A DNA stretch of 64,000 bases from Syntrophomonadaceae bacterium (GCA_003567725.1 PWYU01000088.1:551-64550); one strand, 5' to 3'. Counted from the first letter of the stretch, positions 40,254-52,006 are shown. Numbers and translations are program-made. Notes: generated from the letters alone by a model not told the origin.

Positions 40254-41069
40254 TTATGAAAGAGCAAGTTCTTCTAAATATTCTTGAAAAGTTTCAGTAA
40301 AATCTTCCGGGTGAGTTAAGTACCTGAAAACGCTGTTATTTTCTTTAAAGGCTGTGTAAAAAGTAAGTCCGGTAAGCAGAGAAAATTCTTCTACAGGGAC
40401 GACAGAACAACGCTTTAGCGGTGGGAGTTTTCTATAATTCGGGTTGGGTACAAAATCAGGCGCTTCACTACCTTCCAATTCGAAATAAGCACCGCCTTTC
40501 ATTTGCCTGATTGGTTCATAAAGCGAAGAAAACCCTTCAGCCACCCAGTTGCTCATAATTAAAAATTCTTCTCCTGGATTGATCGTTATATGCCCAAACT
40601 GGGGTGGAATCAATACTTTATCACCAGGCTTGGCAGCAATTAAATAAACTTCTTCAAGCATGTCTGGTTGATCAGGCGCCGCTTTCTGCAACAGATAATG
40701 AGCCCGGCCATGAAGGACTTCATAGATTTCCGGCCAGGTAAAGTTTGTGCCACTCTTAACTGGATGGTAATGACCGGCAGTTTTTACAAATTCACGGCTA
40801 ATCGAGCCTGGGCGGACTGCTGTTACGTCGTACCGCAAACCACTGTTTTTGATCAAAAGCATATCATCAGCCAGCGCCATACCGCGATACATATAATAAA
40901 GCTCGTCAAGATTCTTTGCCTCTTGATCATATAAAACCTCTTGCATATCAACACGTCTGCGCACATCAGGGGTCGCTTTTTCAGTAATAAGCCCTTCCCC
41001 ACAGATCAGTTGTTCTCGCTCCGGGTCCCAGGCTAATGGGAGACCGCTTTTCTTATTCAACTCAATCAT
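40254..41069 (-). CDS. Cupin-type (archaeal-type) glucose-6-phosphate isomerase
   Basis: LYYMYR, LRYDVT, KTAGHYH, PEIYEV..G, IPP.FGH.TIN, GGAYF. Confidence 0.8.
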   Translation of the reverse strand: MIELNKKSGLPLAWDPEREQLICGEGLITEKATPDVRRRVDMQEVLYDQEAKNLDELYYMYRGMALADDMLLIKNSGLRYDVTAVRPGSISREFVKTAGHYHPVKSGTNFTWPEIYEVLHGRAHYLLQKAAPDQPDMLEEVYLIAAKPGDKVLIPPQFGHITINPGEEFLIMSNWVAEGFSSLYEPIRQMKGGAYFELEGSEAPDFVPNPNYRKLPPLKRCSVVPVEEFSLLTGLTFYTAFKENNSVFRYLTHPEDFTETFQEYLEELALS

Positions 41070-41085
41070 CAAACAAATTACCGTC

Positions 41086-42075
41086 CTATCTTGAAGCAAT
41101 TATCGCTGCCAGATCTATAAGGCGGCAGGAATAAGCCCATTCGTTATCATACCAGGCAAGAACACGAATCATGTTTCCCCCTATAACCATTGTGGATTTT
41201 CCGTCAATAATAGAGGAATAGGGGTTGCCTTTATAGTCAACAGAAACCAGGGGCAGATCACTATAATCAAAGTAATCTGAACCAGAGGCCGCTTTTTTAA
41301 AGGCTTCGTTTACAGCATCAACAGAGGCTTCTTTTTCCAGTTCAGCTACAAAATCAACCAGTGAAACTGTCGGAGTAGGAACCCGGATGGCAAAGCCATC
41401 TATTTTTCCTTTTAATTCTGGTATTACCTCGCCTACGGTCCTGGCCGCGCCGGTAGTGGTAGGGATTAAAGAAAGTGCTGCCGCCCTGGCACGGCGAAGA
41501 TCGGAATGAGGAAAGTCCAGTAACTGCTGGTCATTAGTATAGGCATGGGTAGTATTCATCAATCCCCGTTTTAAACCGAAATTTTCATGCAATACTTTAA
41601 CCGGTAAAGCAAGGGCATTAGTAGTACAGGATGCATTAGAAATAAGAAAATGTTTTTCAGGATCATAAAGATAGTCGTTGACGCCTAAAACTACTACCAG
41701 ATCAGCCTCTCCAGGAGCACTGATAATTACCCGCTCTGCTCCGCCATTAAAATGCGCGGAAGCGCTATCCCTTTTACGAAATAAACCGGTGGCTTCAATA
41801 ACTAAGTCAACACCTGCTTCTTTCCAGGGAATATTTGCAGGCTCTTTCTCTGAAAATACTTTTACCTGCTCACCGTTTATCAAAAACCCATTCTTGTCAG
41901 ATTGTACATCATCTTCCAGAATCCCATACACCGAATCATACTTCAACAAATGCGCCAGTGAAGCGCTGTCAGCAAGATCGTTAATGGCAACCACTTTTAC
42001 TTTATCCTGCTTTAATGCGGCACGCATGGTTAACCTGCCTATCCGACCAAAACCATTAATGCCAATATTTAGCAT
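41086..42075 (-). CDS. gap: Type I glyceraldehyde-3-phosphate dehydrogenase
   Basis: GINGFGRIGR, NASCTTN, IPTTTGAA, WYDNE. Confidence 0.97.
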   Translation of the reverse strand: MLNIGINGFGRIGRLTMRAALKQDKVKVVAINDLADSASLAHLLKYDSVYGILEDDVQSDKNGFLINGEQVKVFSEKEPANIPWKEAGVDLVIEATGLFRKRDSASAHFNGGAERVIISAPGEADLVVVLGVNDYLYDPEKHFLISNASCTTNALALPVKVLHENFGLKRGLMNTTHAYTNDQQLLDFPHSDLRRARAAALSLIPTTTGAARTVGEVIPELKGKIDGFAIRVPTPTVSLVDFVAELEKEASVDAVNEAFKKAASGSDYFDYSDLPLVSVDYKGNPYSSIIDGKSTMVIGGNMIRVLAWYDNEWAYSCRLIDLAAIIASR

Positions 42076-42646
42076 AAAGAAACCTCCCTAATTTTTTTAA
42101 TTAAAACCTGATTTACTAATCGCAAATTTATTTTAAGACAATATAATATTTGCATTTTATTAAAAGATTAGCTTATGCAAGTCAGATTGCAAGTTTTAAT
42201 ATATTTTCTGCAATTTATAGTATCTTATTTGCTCAATTACTGCAACATAAACCAGTACTATTAAAAGCATCTTTAAAAAATATTTGCATAAATCACATCT
42301 TTATATTTTAAGCCTTACTGCACTAATTATCATTTGGCAGGCTTACGATTAAAAAAGAACCATTAGAGGTTTTTAGTAAAAAAGAATGACGGTCACGCCA
42401 GTGGGAAGTGTAATGCCATGATTTTATAACACTCTTAAAACCAAGCAATGACCACTCTTCCAAGACTATGCTTTGCCTTTTTCTAAATAAGAAGATCCGC
42501 TTCAAGAGTCATGATTGTTAATTATAAAATCAATGAGTCCTGGAGTTGAAACAGCAGCGGCAATATCACTGATTTTACCGCTGCCATTGGAATAGTTACT
42601 ATGAATATGGACGCCGTTCTAAATAAATTCTATTAAATAGCAGTAT

Positions 42647-43291
42647 TTACATCTTAGCCCGTACAACATCTTTTATTTTCATCAGGCGGGTCAGAGCGCC
42701 CCTCTCGCTCTCATCAAGCTTCATAGTAATGTACTTGATCGTTTCTTCTAATCTGGGAATTAATACATATTCAAGAGCATTAACCCGACGGCGCGTCTTT
42801 TCAATTTCTTCCGCCATCAGCTGAACTGTTTTTTCAACTTCTGCAAGTTCCATCAACTGAGGAAAAATATTAGAAAGAGTCTCAATAGAGGTATCAAGCT
42901 CCGCAGAGGTGTCTAAAAAACCATAAGGGTAAATACTCGCTTCCCCTGTGCCCCCTGATTCTTGTTCAATCCAGTCAAATTTAGGGGTATAAACACTCAT
43001 TATATTTTGCCTTTGTACTTCCAATTGTAGCATCTTGGTAGGATACATCAAGGCCTCTTCGAGATTTACTGCAGGCATTACTGCCCTTGCCAGCAAAAAT
43101 TTAGCAAAAGCTTCAGAGAGTTCTTTTTCAATATGTTCACGCAGATCTTTATTCCTACGCACCAGGATCAAAAATTGGCGAATCAATTCGTCCCTTTTAT
43201 CTTTTAGGAGTTTATGTCCCCGTTGAGCCATGGTCAATCTTTTTCTGAGACGATTCAGCTCCATACGGGTTGGATTGACCCTTATTTCCAT
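42647..43291 (-). CDS. ntpD: A/V-type ATP synthase subunit D
   Basis: NPTRMEL..RGHKLLKDKRDEL, EIEKTRRRVNALE. Confidence 0.95.
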   Translation of the reverse strand: MEIRVNPTRMELNRLRKRLTMAQRGHKLLKDKRDELIRQFLILVRRNKDLREHIEKELSEAFAKFLLARAVMPAVNLEEALMYPTKMLQLEVQRQNIMSVYTPKFDWIEQESGGTGEASIYPYGFLDTSAELDTSIETLSNIFPQLMELAEVEKTVQLMAEEIEKTRRRVNALEYVLIPRLEETIKYITMKLDESERGALTRLMKIKDVVRAKM

Positions 43292-43297
43292 TATTAA

Positions 43298-44692
43298 TTA
43301 ACCCTCCTCCCGGTCAGACTCCTGGGCGGGCAGATATTTGTCCAGATATTCATCGCGAACACGTTTCAACTCAGTACGCGGTAAGAGTGCTATCAGTTCC
43401 CATCCCAGGTCGAGGGTTTCAACTATACTGCGATCTTCTTCTTCACCCTGGGATAAATAACGATTTTCAAATTCATCAGCAAATCTGGAGAATTTCTTAT
43501 CTGCCTCCGAGAGAGCCGCTTCTCCAAGAATAGTTGCCAGCTCCTTAGCCTCTTTACCCCGGGCATAGCCGGCATAAAGCTGGTTCATGGTATCAGCATG
43601 GTCTTCCCGGGTCTGATCAGCACCAATTCCCTTATCTTTAAGCCTGGAGAGGGAAGGTAAAACATCAATAGGTGGATAGAGGCCTTTTCGATGCAATTCC
43701 TGACTGAGAATAATTTGTCCTTCAGTGATATACCCGGTTAAATCAGGAATGGGGTGAGTTTTATCATTTTCAGGCATGGTTAGGATCGGAAGCTGGGTTA
43801 TAGAACCCTGGCGTCCCTGGATTCGGCCGGCTCTTTCATAGAGACTGGCCAGATCCGTGTAGAGATAACCAGGATAACCGCGACGTCCGGGAACTTCTTT
43901 ACGGGCAGCCGATATTTCCCTTAAAGCTTCTGCATAGTTTGTCATATCAGTAAGGATAACGAGGACATGCATATCCTGCTCATAAGCAAGGTATTCAGCG
44001 GCTGTCAGGGCAATCCGTGGGGTGGAAATTCTTTCAATGGCCGGATCGTCAGCCAGGTTGATGAAGAGAATAGAGTGCTCGATAGCACCGGTTTTACGAA
44101 AGTCATTGATGAAGAAATCAGCCTCTTCAAAGGTAATACCCATAGCGGCAAACACTACGGCGAATTCAGCCTCAGTTCCAAGCACCTTGGACTGCCGGGC
44201 AATCTGGGCGGCCAGGTTGGAGTGAGGCAGACCGGAGCTGGAAAATATAGGCAGCTTTTGACCCCGGACCATGGTGTTCATTCCATCAATGGCCGAAACT
44301 CCGGTTTGAATGAACTCCTGTGGATAATCGCGGGCATATGGATTGATGGGAAAACCGTTAATATCCAGTCTTTTATCAGGAATAATCTTAGGGCCCTGAT
44401 CACGGGGCGCCCCCAGGCCGGTAAAAACCCGTCCCAGCAAATCCATGGAAACAGGCAATTCAATAGCTTTTCCCTGGAAACGAACTTTTGCCGAGCCGAT
44501 ATTAAGGCCTGTAGAGCCCTCAAAAATCTGGACCAGCGCCTTGTCGCGATTTACTTCCAGGACCTGCCCCCGCCGGATCTCTCCACCGGGCAGTTCTATT
44601 TCGGTCAACTCATTGTATTTTATACCTTCAACCTGCTCAACAAGCATCAGCGGTCCGGCTATATCAGCAATAGTTTTGTATTCTTTAAGCAT
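43298..44692 (-). CDS. ntpB: A/V-type ATP synthase subunit B
   Basis: [34 protein letters not shown]. Confidence 0.97.
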   Translation of the reverse strand: MLKEYKTIADIAGPLMLVEQVEGIKYNELTEIELPGGEIRRGQVLEVNRDKALVQIFEGSTGLNIGSAKVRFQGKAIELPVSMDLLGRVFTGLGAPRDQGPKIIPDKRLDINGFPINPYARDYPQEFIQTGVSAIDGMNTMVRGQKLPIFSSSGLPHSNLAAQIARQSKVLGTEAEFAVVFAAMGITFEEADFFINDFRKTGAIEHSILFINLADDPAIERISTPRIALTAAEYLAYEQDMHVLVILTDMTNYAEALREISAARKEVPGRRGYPGYLYTDLASLYERAGRIQGRQGSITQLPILTMPENDKTHPIPDLTGYITEGQIILSQELHRKGLYPPIDVLPSLSRLKDKGIGADQTREDHADTMNQLYAGYARGKEAKELATILGEAALSEADKKFSRFADEFENRYLSQGEEEDRSIVETLDLGWELIALLPRTELKRVRDEYLDKYLPAQESDREEG

Positions 44693-46469
44693 CTTCTTCC
44701 CCTCCTTCTCCGGCTAGTGGGGCAATCTGTTCTTTTATTTCACGTTTTATATCTTCCATTTCATTTATTTTATCTTCCGGCATATAACGGGCGCGGGCAA
44801 TCTTTTCCCGTGCCGGAATCGAAAACAGTTTATCCAAGTCTAGGTCAATAGCGTCTTTTGCTATAACGGCGCTCGCTTCATGGTGATAAGTCAGGATAAG
44901 ATCCATCATATTGAACTGTTTCTCCAATGAACTGTAGGTGTCAATCTCATGCATGGCGTTCTGATGCAGGAAATCTTCCCTTAAAGATTTAGTAGTTTCC
45001 AGTACCAACCTTTCTTTTGAAGAAAGGGCATCAACACCAACCAGGCGCACGATTTCTTCCAGCTCCGATTCTTCCTGAAGAAGGCGCATTGCTTCTTTAC
45101 GCATTTCATTCCATTGTTCGCCAATAGTTTCCCTGAAATAGAGCGCCACGTTATCAAGATAGAGCGAGTAACTTAATAACCAGTTTATGGCCGGAAAATG
45201 GCGTCGGTAAGCAAGTGAAGCATCGAGCCCCCAAAACACTTTAACGATACGTAATGTGCTCTGAGAAACAGGTTCAGAAAGATCACCACCAGGTGGCGAT
45301 ACAGCACCAACCAGAGTCAGGGCGCCTTCCCTATCTTCACTGCCCAGGCAGATAGTCCGGCCTGAACGCTCGTAAAAATCAGCCAGGCGAGAACCTAGAT
45401 AAGCAGGATAACCTTCTTCCCCTGGCATTTCTTCCAGGCGGCCAGACATTTCACGCAGAGCCTCAGCCCAGCGGGAAGTGGAATCTGCCATCAAAGCAAC
45501 GCTATAACCCATATCCCTGAAGTACTCAGCAATGGTAATACCAGTATAAATTGACGCTTCACGGGCTGCAACTGGCATGTTCGAGGTGTTGGCAATCAAA
45601 ACCGTTCTTTTCATCAACGGTTCCCCTGATTTAGGATCCTGCAGTTCCGGGAACTCAAGAAGCACATCCGTCATCTCATTACCGCGTTCACCACAGCCTA
45701 TGTAAACTACTATTTCAGCATCGGCCCATTTGGCCAGTTGGTGCTGGGTTACTGTTTTTCCACTCCCGAAGGGGCCGGGAATACAGGCAGTTCCTCCCTT
45801 GGCTACCGGAAAAAAAGTGTCCAGGATTCTTTGACCGGTGATCAAAGGAACATGGGGGCCCATTTTTTCTTTATAGGGCCTACCCTTGCGAACTGGCCAC
45901 CGCTGCAGCATGGTAATTTCATAATCGCCATCATCTGTTTCCAGCCTGGCTATAACATCTGTTACAGTGGCTTCACCTTTTTTGATTTCTTTAATTGTTC
46001 CTGCAGGGTAATTAGGCGGAACCATGATGCGGTGTTCAACAATAGTTGTTTCCTGAATGGTACCGATAATGTCTCCGGCCTGAACTTGATCTCCTTCCTT
46101 GATTGCAGGCTTAAAATCCCATTTTCGCTCCCGATCTATTGCGTGAACTTCTACTCCACGGGTGATATAATCGCCCACTTTTTCCTTAATTCCATCAAGA
46201 GGACGCTGGACTCCATCAAAAAATGATTCAATCACGCCAGGACCAAGTTCAACGCTAAGAGGTTCACCGGTAATATATACAGGCTCACCAGGCCCAATTC
46301 CGCCGGTTTCTTCATATACCTGTATAGAGGCCTCATCGCCGCGCACTTCTACAATCTCCCCCATTAGACGGGACTCACTGACCTTGACCATATCATACAT
46401 CCGGGCTGCCCCCATGTTATCTGCTATAACAAGGGGGCCGGATACTTTTACAATCCTTCCTGCATCCAA
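44685..46469 (-). CDS. ntpA: A/V-type ATP synthase subunit A
   Basis: [28 protein letters not shown]; likely TTG start 46469; no intein. Confidence 0.97.
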   Translation of the reverse strand: MDAGRIVKVSGPLVIADNMGAARMYDMVKVSESRLMGEIVEVRGDEASIQVYEETGGIGPGEPVYITGEPLSVELGPGVIESFFDGVQRPLDGIKEKVGDYITRGVEVHAIDRERKWDFKPAIKEGDQVQAGDIIGTIQETTIVEHRIMVPPNYPAGTIKEIKKGEATVTDVIARLETDDGDYEITMLQRWPVRKGRPYKEKMGPHVPLITGQRILDTFFPVAKGGTACIPGPFGSGKTVTQHQLAKWADAEIVVYIGCGERGNEMTDVLLEFPELQDPKSGEPLMKRTVLIANTSNMPVAAREASIYTGITIAEYFRDMGYSVALMADSTSRWAEALREMSGRLEEMPGEEGYPAYLGSRLADFYERSGRTICLGSEDREGALTLVGAVSPPGGDLSEPVSQSTLRIVKVFWGLDASLAYRRHFPAINWLLSYSLYLDNVALYFRETIGEQWNEMRKEAMRLLQEESELEEIVRLVGVDALSSKERLVLETTKSLREDFLHQNAMHEIDTYSSLEKQFNMMDLILTYHHEASAVIAKDAIDLDLDKLFSIPAREKIARARYMPEDKINEMEDIKREIKEQIAPLAGEGGEEDA

Positions 46470-46473
46470 GTTA

Positions 46474-46803
46474 TCAACCTTCTTTCCTGAAAAGAATGTC
46501 TGCGCCGATCGCTTTTTCGACATTTTTCCTTATTTGCTCAATTCCAATTCCCAGGGTTCCCTTACTATTTGGGATTAAGACAATCGTCGGCAAAAAGCGT
46601 TTATGCAGCTCATCAATTACAGCCTGCAAGCCCTGGGCCAATTCTTCGGTGATAAATATTACCCCGTAATTTTCAGCAACCAGCTTTTTAAGGGTATCAA
46701 GCGCCGCTTCTGTGCTGGTTACTGGAAATGTATCCACACCGATAGTTTTAAATCCCATAATTGAATCTTTATCTCCAATTACTGCAATTTTATATGTAGA
46801 CAT
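46474..46803 (-). CDS. A/V-type ATP synthase subunit F
   Basis: [21 protein letters not shown]; operon context. Confidence 0.92.
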   Translation of the reverse strand: MSTYKIAVIGDKDSIMGFKTIGVDTFPVTSTEAALDTLKKLVAENYGVIFITEELAQGLQAVIDELHKRFLPTIVLIPNSKGTLGIGIEQIRKNVEKAIGADILFRKEG

Positions 46804-47794
46804 CACGCATTCGCTCCCTGATTGATTCAGCAGGCAGCTTATTGATCTTGCCTACCAAAACAATGCGGATATTTTTTATCTCAAGTTCTTTTGCCCACAA
46901 GTAGCCAACCAGGGGTTCAATACCAAATGGGACCCATTTACCCTCTTTGAGATAAGCTGTAATAAAGTTATCAGATAACTTTTCCAACAATGAGGCTGAA
47001 CCTTTTTCAGACCACTCTCTGACACCTTCACTGACCAGATCGGCATAATCACTTATCGCCAGCATAGAGATCAGCGATTCTACAGGTTCATCTATCATAG
47101 CAGTCAGTCTATGAACAGATAAAGAACCGTTCGGCAGTAAAACTCTTGTCAGAAAATCCCGGTTCAGGCCCATTCGCTTAATTCGGATCAGTGTTTTCAG
47201 GTTGCTTAAATCAATCTGTCTGACAAACAATCCTTCCAGAAACTGAGAATCATGTTCCCTGGCGCTAGCCATTAGCTGCTCGTATAATACCTGGTCCAGG
47301 ATCAAGTCAATAATCTGGGGATCGCGATTAAGCATAAAGTCTTCATTGATGCTATTGGCAGAACGACGAAGTTTACCAGGTAAAAACAAATAATTATCTT
47401 CGCTGACAGCATACTCCAGCTTGGAGAGTTCCATCGATCCAACCGGAATTAAAAGATCGCTTTTAACACCCAGAAATTTGGCTTTGAACAATACTTTTAA
47501 ATTGTGAATATCATATCTCAGGGCCAGCATTTCTATCAGCTCAGGAACAGGGCTAATATTCAGGACAGTGTTGAAAGTATAACTAAGCTCATCACCTAAT
47601 ACAGCTTCGAAATTATAAGCGTCTTCCAATTCGGCCAGAGCAGCTGAATAGGCTGTTTCAGAGAGAACTTTCAATGCTTCATCGGTATTAGACGAATTGA
47701 TCATTCTTTCAAAATGGCCCTGATCTAGCAGTCGGGTTTCCATAGCTTTAACCCGTGCAACTGCATATCCATAAATTGTGTCATCAATTAGCAT
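46790..47794 (-). CDS. ntpC: A/V-type ATP synthase subunit C
   Basis: YAVARV...E..LL, YDIHNLK, E.KNIR. Confidence 0.92.
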   Translation of the reverse strand: MLIDDTIYGYAVARVKAMETRLLDQGHFERMINSSNTDEALKVLSETAYSAALAELEDAYNFEAVLGDELSYTFNTVLNISPVPELIEMLALRYDIHNLKVLFKAKFLGVKSDLLIPVGSMELSKLEYAVSEDNYLFLPGKLRRSANSINEDFMLNRDPQIIDLILDQVLYEQLMASAREHDSQFLEGLFVRQIDLSNLKTLIRIKRMGLNRDFLTRVLLPNGSLSVHRLTAMIDEPVESLISMLAISDYADLVSEGVREWSEKGSASLLEKLSDNFITAYLKEGKWVPFGIEPLVGYLWAKELEIKNIRIVLVGKINKLPAESIRERMRDVYI

Positions 47795-47832
47795 ATTATT
47801 CTGCCCTCCTTTCCTGGAGGAAAGCTTGCCTG

Positions 47833-48435
47833 TTATTTAAAAAGCAGTTCGGCTACTTCATGCTCCAATTCATCTCTCTTTATTGCCAAAAGAGATTCAA
47901 ATGAGCAGTTTATTTCCAAACCACTTCTCTGAAGTATAAAGCCGCCTTTAATATTCCTGGTTTCTTCCAAAAGCTCCAGCTTCCCTTCTTTCCCCTGTTC
48001 GATCAGGCGTTCGTTTACCTTGTTTAAAAATTGATCTGTTATTTTTACTTTATCTCGCTCATTAAAAATTACTGCTTCGGTTCCTGTATCAGTCATTTCA
48101 AGGAGAAGGTCATTGATAACAGAAAGATAGTCATCATCTTTCTGGCCTGCCAATTCATCTAAAGCTCCCTGGAAAGCCTGGCCAATCAATTCCTGCTTGG
48201 CGGCAAGTAAATTTTTACGCACTTCCAGCTGGGCAACACCAATAATTCGGCTTTTTTGTTCGGTTGCAGATTTACGCGCCTGTTCAAGAATATGATCCTT
48301 TCTCCGCTTAGCTTTCTCATTGGCTTCGGATTCAATAGCATTGGCTTTTTCGGAAGCCTCGGCTTTTATAGATTCGGCCCTGGCTTGCGCATCATCCAGA
48401 ACGCGCTTTATGATCCTGTCCGCTCCTTCTTTCAA
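47833..48435 (-). CDS. ntpE: A/V-type ATP synthase subunit E
   Basis: Coiled-coil N-terminus, GGFIL...INCSFE; operon context. Confidence 0.9.
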   Translation of the reverse strand: MKEGADRIIKRVLDDAQARAESIKAEASEKANAIESEANEKAKRRKDHILEQARKSATEQKSRIIGVAQLEVRKNLLAAKQELIGQAFQGALDELAGQKDDDYLSVINDLLLEMTDTGTEAVIFNERDKVKITDQFLNKVNERLIEQGKEGKLELLEETRNIKGGFILQRSGLEINCSFESLLAIKRDELEHEVAELLFK

Positions 48436-48462
48436 GCATCTCACTCCTTTAAGCAGCCGGCA

Positions 48463-48933
48463 CTATACATCTATACCGAATAGCATTAAGATTGTAGCCA
48501 GGAGGGCAAATACTGCGTAGGTTTCAACCATAACAGCATATACAATCCCTTTACCCATTTCTTCCGGCCTTTTTGCAATCAGGTTTATCGATGATGCCAG
48601 GACCCTACCCTGGTAAATACCCGAACTAAAGCCGGCAATAGCAATCGGCAGTGCTGCCATCAAAAAAGCATAGCCCTGCCAGACAGTCAGTTCAACCAGC
48701 TCTTCACCAACAATACCGATATCCTGCATGATTAAAAAACCAGCCAGCAATCCGTATATGCCCTGTGTTCCTGGAAGAGCCTGTAACAAAAGGGTTTGTC
48801 CGAACTTGTCCGGATCCTCTGAAATTAAGCCGCAGGCACTTTGACCGACGATCCCGATCCCAATCGCCGAGCCGCTCCCGGCCAAACCAACAGCCAGAGC
48901 CACCCCCAGCATCGCTATTGCAATTCCTTCCAT
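48463..48933 (-). CDS. ntpK: A/V-type ATP synthase proteolipid subunit K (Na+-binding signature)
   Basis: Four TM helices; LPGTQGIYG, IYQG and VET match the Enterococcus NtpK Na+ ligands. Confidence 0.93.
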   Translation of the reverse strand: MEGIAIAMLGVALAVGLAGSGSAIGIGIVGQSACGLISEDPDKFGQTLLLQALPGTQGIYGLLAGFLIMQDIGIVGEELVELTVWQGYAFLMAALPIAIAGFSSGIYQGRVLASSINLIAKRPEEMGKGIVYAVMVETYAVFALLATILMLFGIDV

Positions 48934-48999
48934 TGTATAAAGCCTCCTTTTTTGTTTCCTCAATGATTAATATTATTCTTAATAAACAATAGCCAGTTA

Positions 49000-50946
49000 T
49001 TAACCTTTTTCTGTTTCAACAATATCGACGTAATTATTTTTTATTCTGAAAGGCTTAAATGATCTACCTCCACCTTCGAAGAATTTATTAAAAAATTCCA
49101 GGTATTGCAGGCGGCTGGTATGCACATAAGAACTGAGCGTGCTAATGATCATGTTGAAGAAATGGCCAATTACCAGAATTATAACCAGAAATATATAGCC
49201 AATTATACTGCCAGCTGCCAGGTCGCCCACCGAATTAACAACCATACCGATAACAACGGAAGCCAGGCCGAGAGCAAACAAGCGGGAATAAGAGAGCACG
49301 TCACTTAAATATTGCGTTACATTATAAAGGCTTAAAAGGCCGCTAAAAAATTTTAATAATAAACTACGTTGAGATCGACCCTGGGTTAGAATCAGGCCGA
49401 CAGCACCTGTCAGGGCTATCCACTGCCCGAAAGTAATGCCAGCTATCCACAAGATCAGGCCATTTAGAAAAATAAACCAAAAGCCCTGGTCATAAAAGGC
49501 GTCTAAAGGCTTACCACCCTTGATATTCCTATAAGCCTGAAGCCCCATACCGAAGTAAACCTGGAACAATCCAATGCCCAGGGCAGCAATTAACATGGTC
49601 ATCGGCTCTTTTAAAGGATCGAACAACAATGCCGGCAACGCAATTAGATCGCCAAAATAACCACCTAATAAGATTCCAAAAGCAAAAGCGGAAATACCGC
49701 CAAGTATCAACAATTTTAATAACTGGCGGCCAGACTCGCCAAGCGTTAGTTTACGGTACAAATAAAAGGCAAGTAAGCCCAAAAGAATACCATACCCAGC
49801 ATCAGAAAGGCAAATTCCGAAAAAGAGGAAGAAAAATGGGGCCATAAACGGCGTAGGATCGAGTTCATCTTTTTTAGGTGTGCTGTAAAGCTTTGTAACA
49901 ACCTCGTACGGCTCAGCCATCCCTTTATTATGCAAAAGCACCGGTACCTGTTCATGAGGTTCGGGATCTCTTGTGGCCAGGATTGCCGTTTCAGTTTTGT
50001 CATTGATCATTGTTTCCAAATCGTTCAAAACAGGGACCGGAACCCAGCCTTCCATAAAGAAGCTGTTATCAGTACGGGCCAGATTATCCACAGCCTGATG
50101 TTTTTCGTACTCATTATCCACGTAATCGTAACAGGCCATTAACATGTGACGGTGAACAAGCAGTTTTTCTACACCACTGAGTACAATGCTTTTTTCATGC
50201 TGCAAGCTTTCCAGTTTTTTATTTAAGGAATCAATAAGTTCAGATGGAGTGCCTTTTACGTCGGGAAAACTTGCTCTCGTAACAGCTTTGTTTCGAAATA
50301 GCTCATCTATTTCCTGCTTGTTTTCTGTTAGAGCAGAGAAAAAGAAATAAACATTTTCTTCATCGGTAAATACCTTATCCAAAAAATACTCAGAAAAGCT
50401 ATCAGTAAGGGCCTCCTGCAGAACAGAGTAGTTCTCAAATGGAACAATAAAAAGATCCATCATGGTCCAGCTTCCATCTTCAACTTCTTCCAGGGGCAGA
50501 TCCAGAGACGCCCACGGTCGAAGATCTTCAATTAAATTTTGAGATTGGGTTACTTCGTTGCGGATACGCACCAGCTTTTCCTCTGCCTCGCGACAGGCTT
50601 GATGGACACTTTCAACCTGATCAAATGATGCCACATAATTACTAAACTGTTCATCCGTTAAATCAAGTCTACTTCCTGTAAACTGTTCAAGCATACTCTT
50701 TCGTATGGGGAAGTGGCGCTGAAAAAAATCGAGGCAAAAGCGAATATCACTACGGTGGCTATCAATCTGAAATAGTTCTTCAGAACTTTGTTCAGGTTCA
50801 AGCAGGGTTTGAAAATCTCTCCAGGCTTCGCCGGATTTAACATCTAGCATCTCTACTGTTCCCATCTGGTGCAGGAGATTAAATATTTTCTGCCTTTCCT
50901 GCCGATGCCCCAGGATATAGACTTTGTTCATATCAATGATTGGCAT
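49000..50946 (-). CDS. ntpI: A/V-type ATP synthase subunit I
   Basis: EGWVP, DPTP, DAGYG, LSYSRLFALGL, RLQYLEFF. Confidence 0.95.
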   Translation of the reverse strand: MPIIDMNKVYILGHRQERQKIFNLLHQMGTVEMLDVKSGEAWRDFQTLLEPEQSSEELFQIDSHRSDIRFCLDFFQRHFPIRKSMLEQFTGSRLDLTDEQFSNYVASFDQVESVHQACREAEEKLVRIRNEVTQSQNLIEDLRPWASLDLPLEEVEDGSWTMMDLFIVPFENYSVLQEALTDSFSEYFLDKVFTDEENVYFFFSALTENKQEIDELFRNKAVTRASFPDVKGTPSELIDSLNKKLESLQHEKSIVLSGVEKLLVHRHMLMACYDYVDNEYEKHQAVDNLARTDNSFFMEGWVPVPVLNDLETMINDKTETAILATRDPEPHEQVPVLLHNKGMAEPYEVVTKLYSTPKKDELDPTPFMAPFFFLFFGICLSDAGYGILLGLLAFYLYRKLTLGESGRQLLKLLILGGISAFAFGILLGGYFGDLIALPALLFDPLKEPMTMLIAALGIGLFQVYFGMGLQAYRNIKGGKPLDAFYDQGFWFIFLNGLILWIAGITFGQWIALTGAVGLILTQGRSQRSLLLKFFSGLLSLYNVTQYLSDVLSYSRLFALGLASVVIGMVVNSVGDLAAGSIIGYIFLVIILVIGHFFNMIISTLSSYVHTSRLQYLEFFNKFFEGGGRSFKPFRIKNNYVDIVETEKG

Positions 50947-51259
50947 CAGTTTTCACAACCTTGTTTTTTATCAAAGTTACTGCTTTCGGCATTTGCTCAG
51001 CAGCTTTATCTTTTAATTGCTTTATTTCATCTTCCTGCTTTTTTACCAGCGGCTCCGATTCGGATCTTGCCTCTTCTTCCGCTTTTATTAATAGATTTCG
51101 CGCTTCTTCTTCTGCTTGCGCCACTGAGTTTTCGACGATTTCCTCGGCACTGGCCTGTGCACCTTTTACCATTTTCCGGGCTTCCTGTTTGGCTTCCCGG
51201 ACAAGCTCCTGGGCCCTGTCTTCTGTCTCTTTAATCGACTTAACCAGTTCCACTGTCAT
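50933..51259 (-). CDS. A/V-type ATP synthase subunit H/G (peripheral stalk)
   Basis: Charged coiled coil IKETE..A..LVREA, first gene of the operon. Confidence 0.8.
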   Translation of the reverse strand: MTVELVKSIKETEDRAQELVREAKQEARKMVKGAQASAEEIVENSVAQAEEEARNLLIKAEEEARSESEPLVKKQEDEIKQLKDKAAEQMPKAVTLIKNKVVKTDANH

Positions 51260-51449
51260 TGCCCTCACCACCTGTCATTAAATTTCTGCCTGGTTTAAAT
51301 ATTTTAAGCTCTAATAGCAATACTCACTGCCGGTAGAATTAAAATATACTGCCAGTTAATAGTATCTGTATGCTATTAAAATCATATGCATCTAGTATTT
51401 TAATTAAAAATGACTATTTAAATATATATTATCAGCAATTTAGAGCATA

Positions 51450-51908
51450 TTATACTATAAATCTAACCTCTATACCAGCTTCGGAAAATATTTTTTTGGC
51501 CAGGGAATCCGGATAATTATCAGCCAGTATCAGGGATGTGACACCGGCATTAACCAGCATTTTTGCACAAACAGCACACGGGTAATGGGTACAGTACAAA
51601 GCAGAGTCCCTTATAGCCACACCATGAACTGCAGCTTGAATTATGGCATTTTGTTCAGCATGCAGCCCACGGCATAGCTCATGCCGCTCGCCGGAGGGTA
51701 TTTGCATTTCCTGACGCAAGCAGCCTACTTCACCACAATGGTTGAGGCCAACTGGCGCACCATTATAGCCAGTAGCCAAAATTCTTTTATTAAAGACTAG
51801 CAGCGACCCTACCTGTCGCCTCATGCATGTCGAGCGAGAAGCAACAACAACCGCTATCTCCATAAAGTAATGGTCCCAATCAGGCCTTTCTACCAATCGA
51901 ACCTCCAA
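51450..51908 (-). CDS. dCMP/cytidine deaminase family protein (ComEB-like)
   Basis: RPDWD.YFM, RSTC.RR.VG, TGYNG, HAEQNA, PC..C. Confidence 0.92.
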   Translation of the reverse strand: MEVRLVERPDWDHYFMEIAVVVASRSTCMRRQVGSLLVFNKRILATGYNGAPVGLNHCGEVGCLRQEMQIPSGERHELCRGLHAEQNAIIQAAVHGVAIRDSALYCTHYPCAVCAKMLVNAGVTSLILADNYPDSLAKKIFSEAGIEVRFIV

Positions 51909-52006
51909 ATATTCTCCGGCTGAAATAAAACTCCAACCGTTGTTTTATTTATTACATTTACTTTTATAACTTTACCGATATAAAGCATTTTTAGATAGGA
52001 TAAACG

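Noticed and set aside
42323-42505. 60 aa minus-strand ORF between the ATPase operon and gap
   Set aside because: No clear RBS or recognisable motif; unsupported.
43967-44851. 294 aa plus-strand ORF
   Set aside because: Antisense to ATPase subunits B/A with no recognisable motifs. The same applies to the other antisense ORFs over secA, recD2, metK, gap and lctP.
44685-46469. Intein in ATPase subunit A
   Set aside because: Normal length and a continuous [10 protein letters not shown] motif; no insertion.
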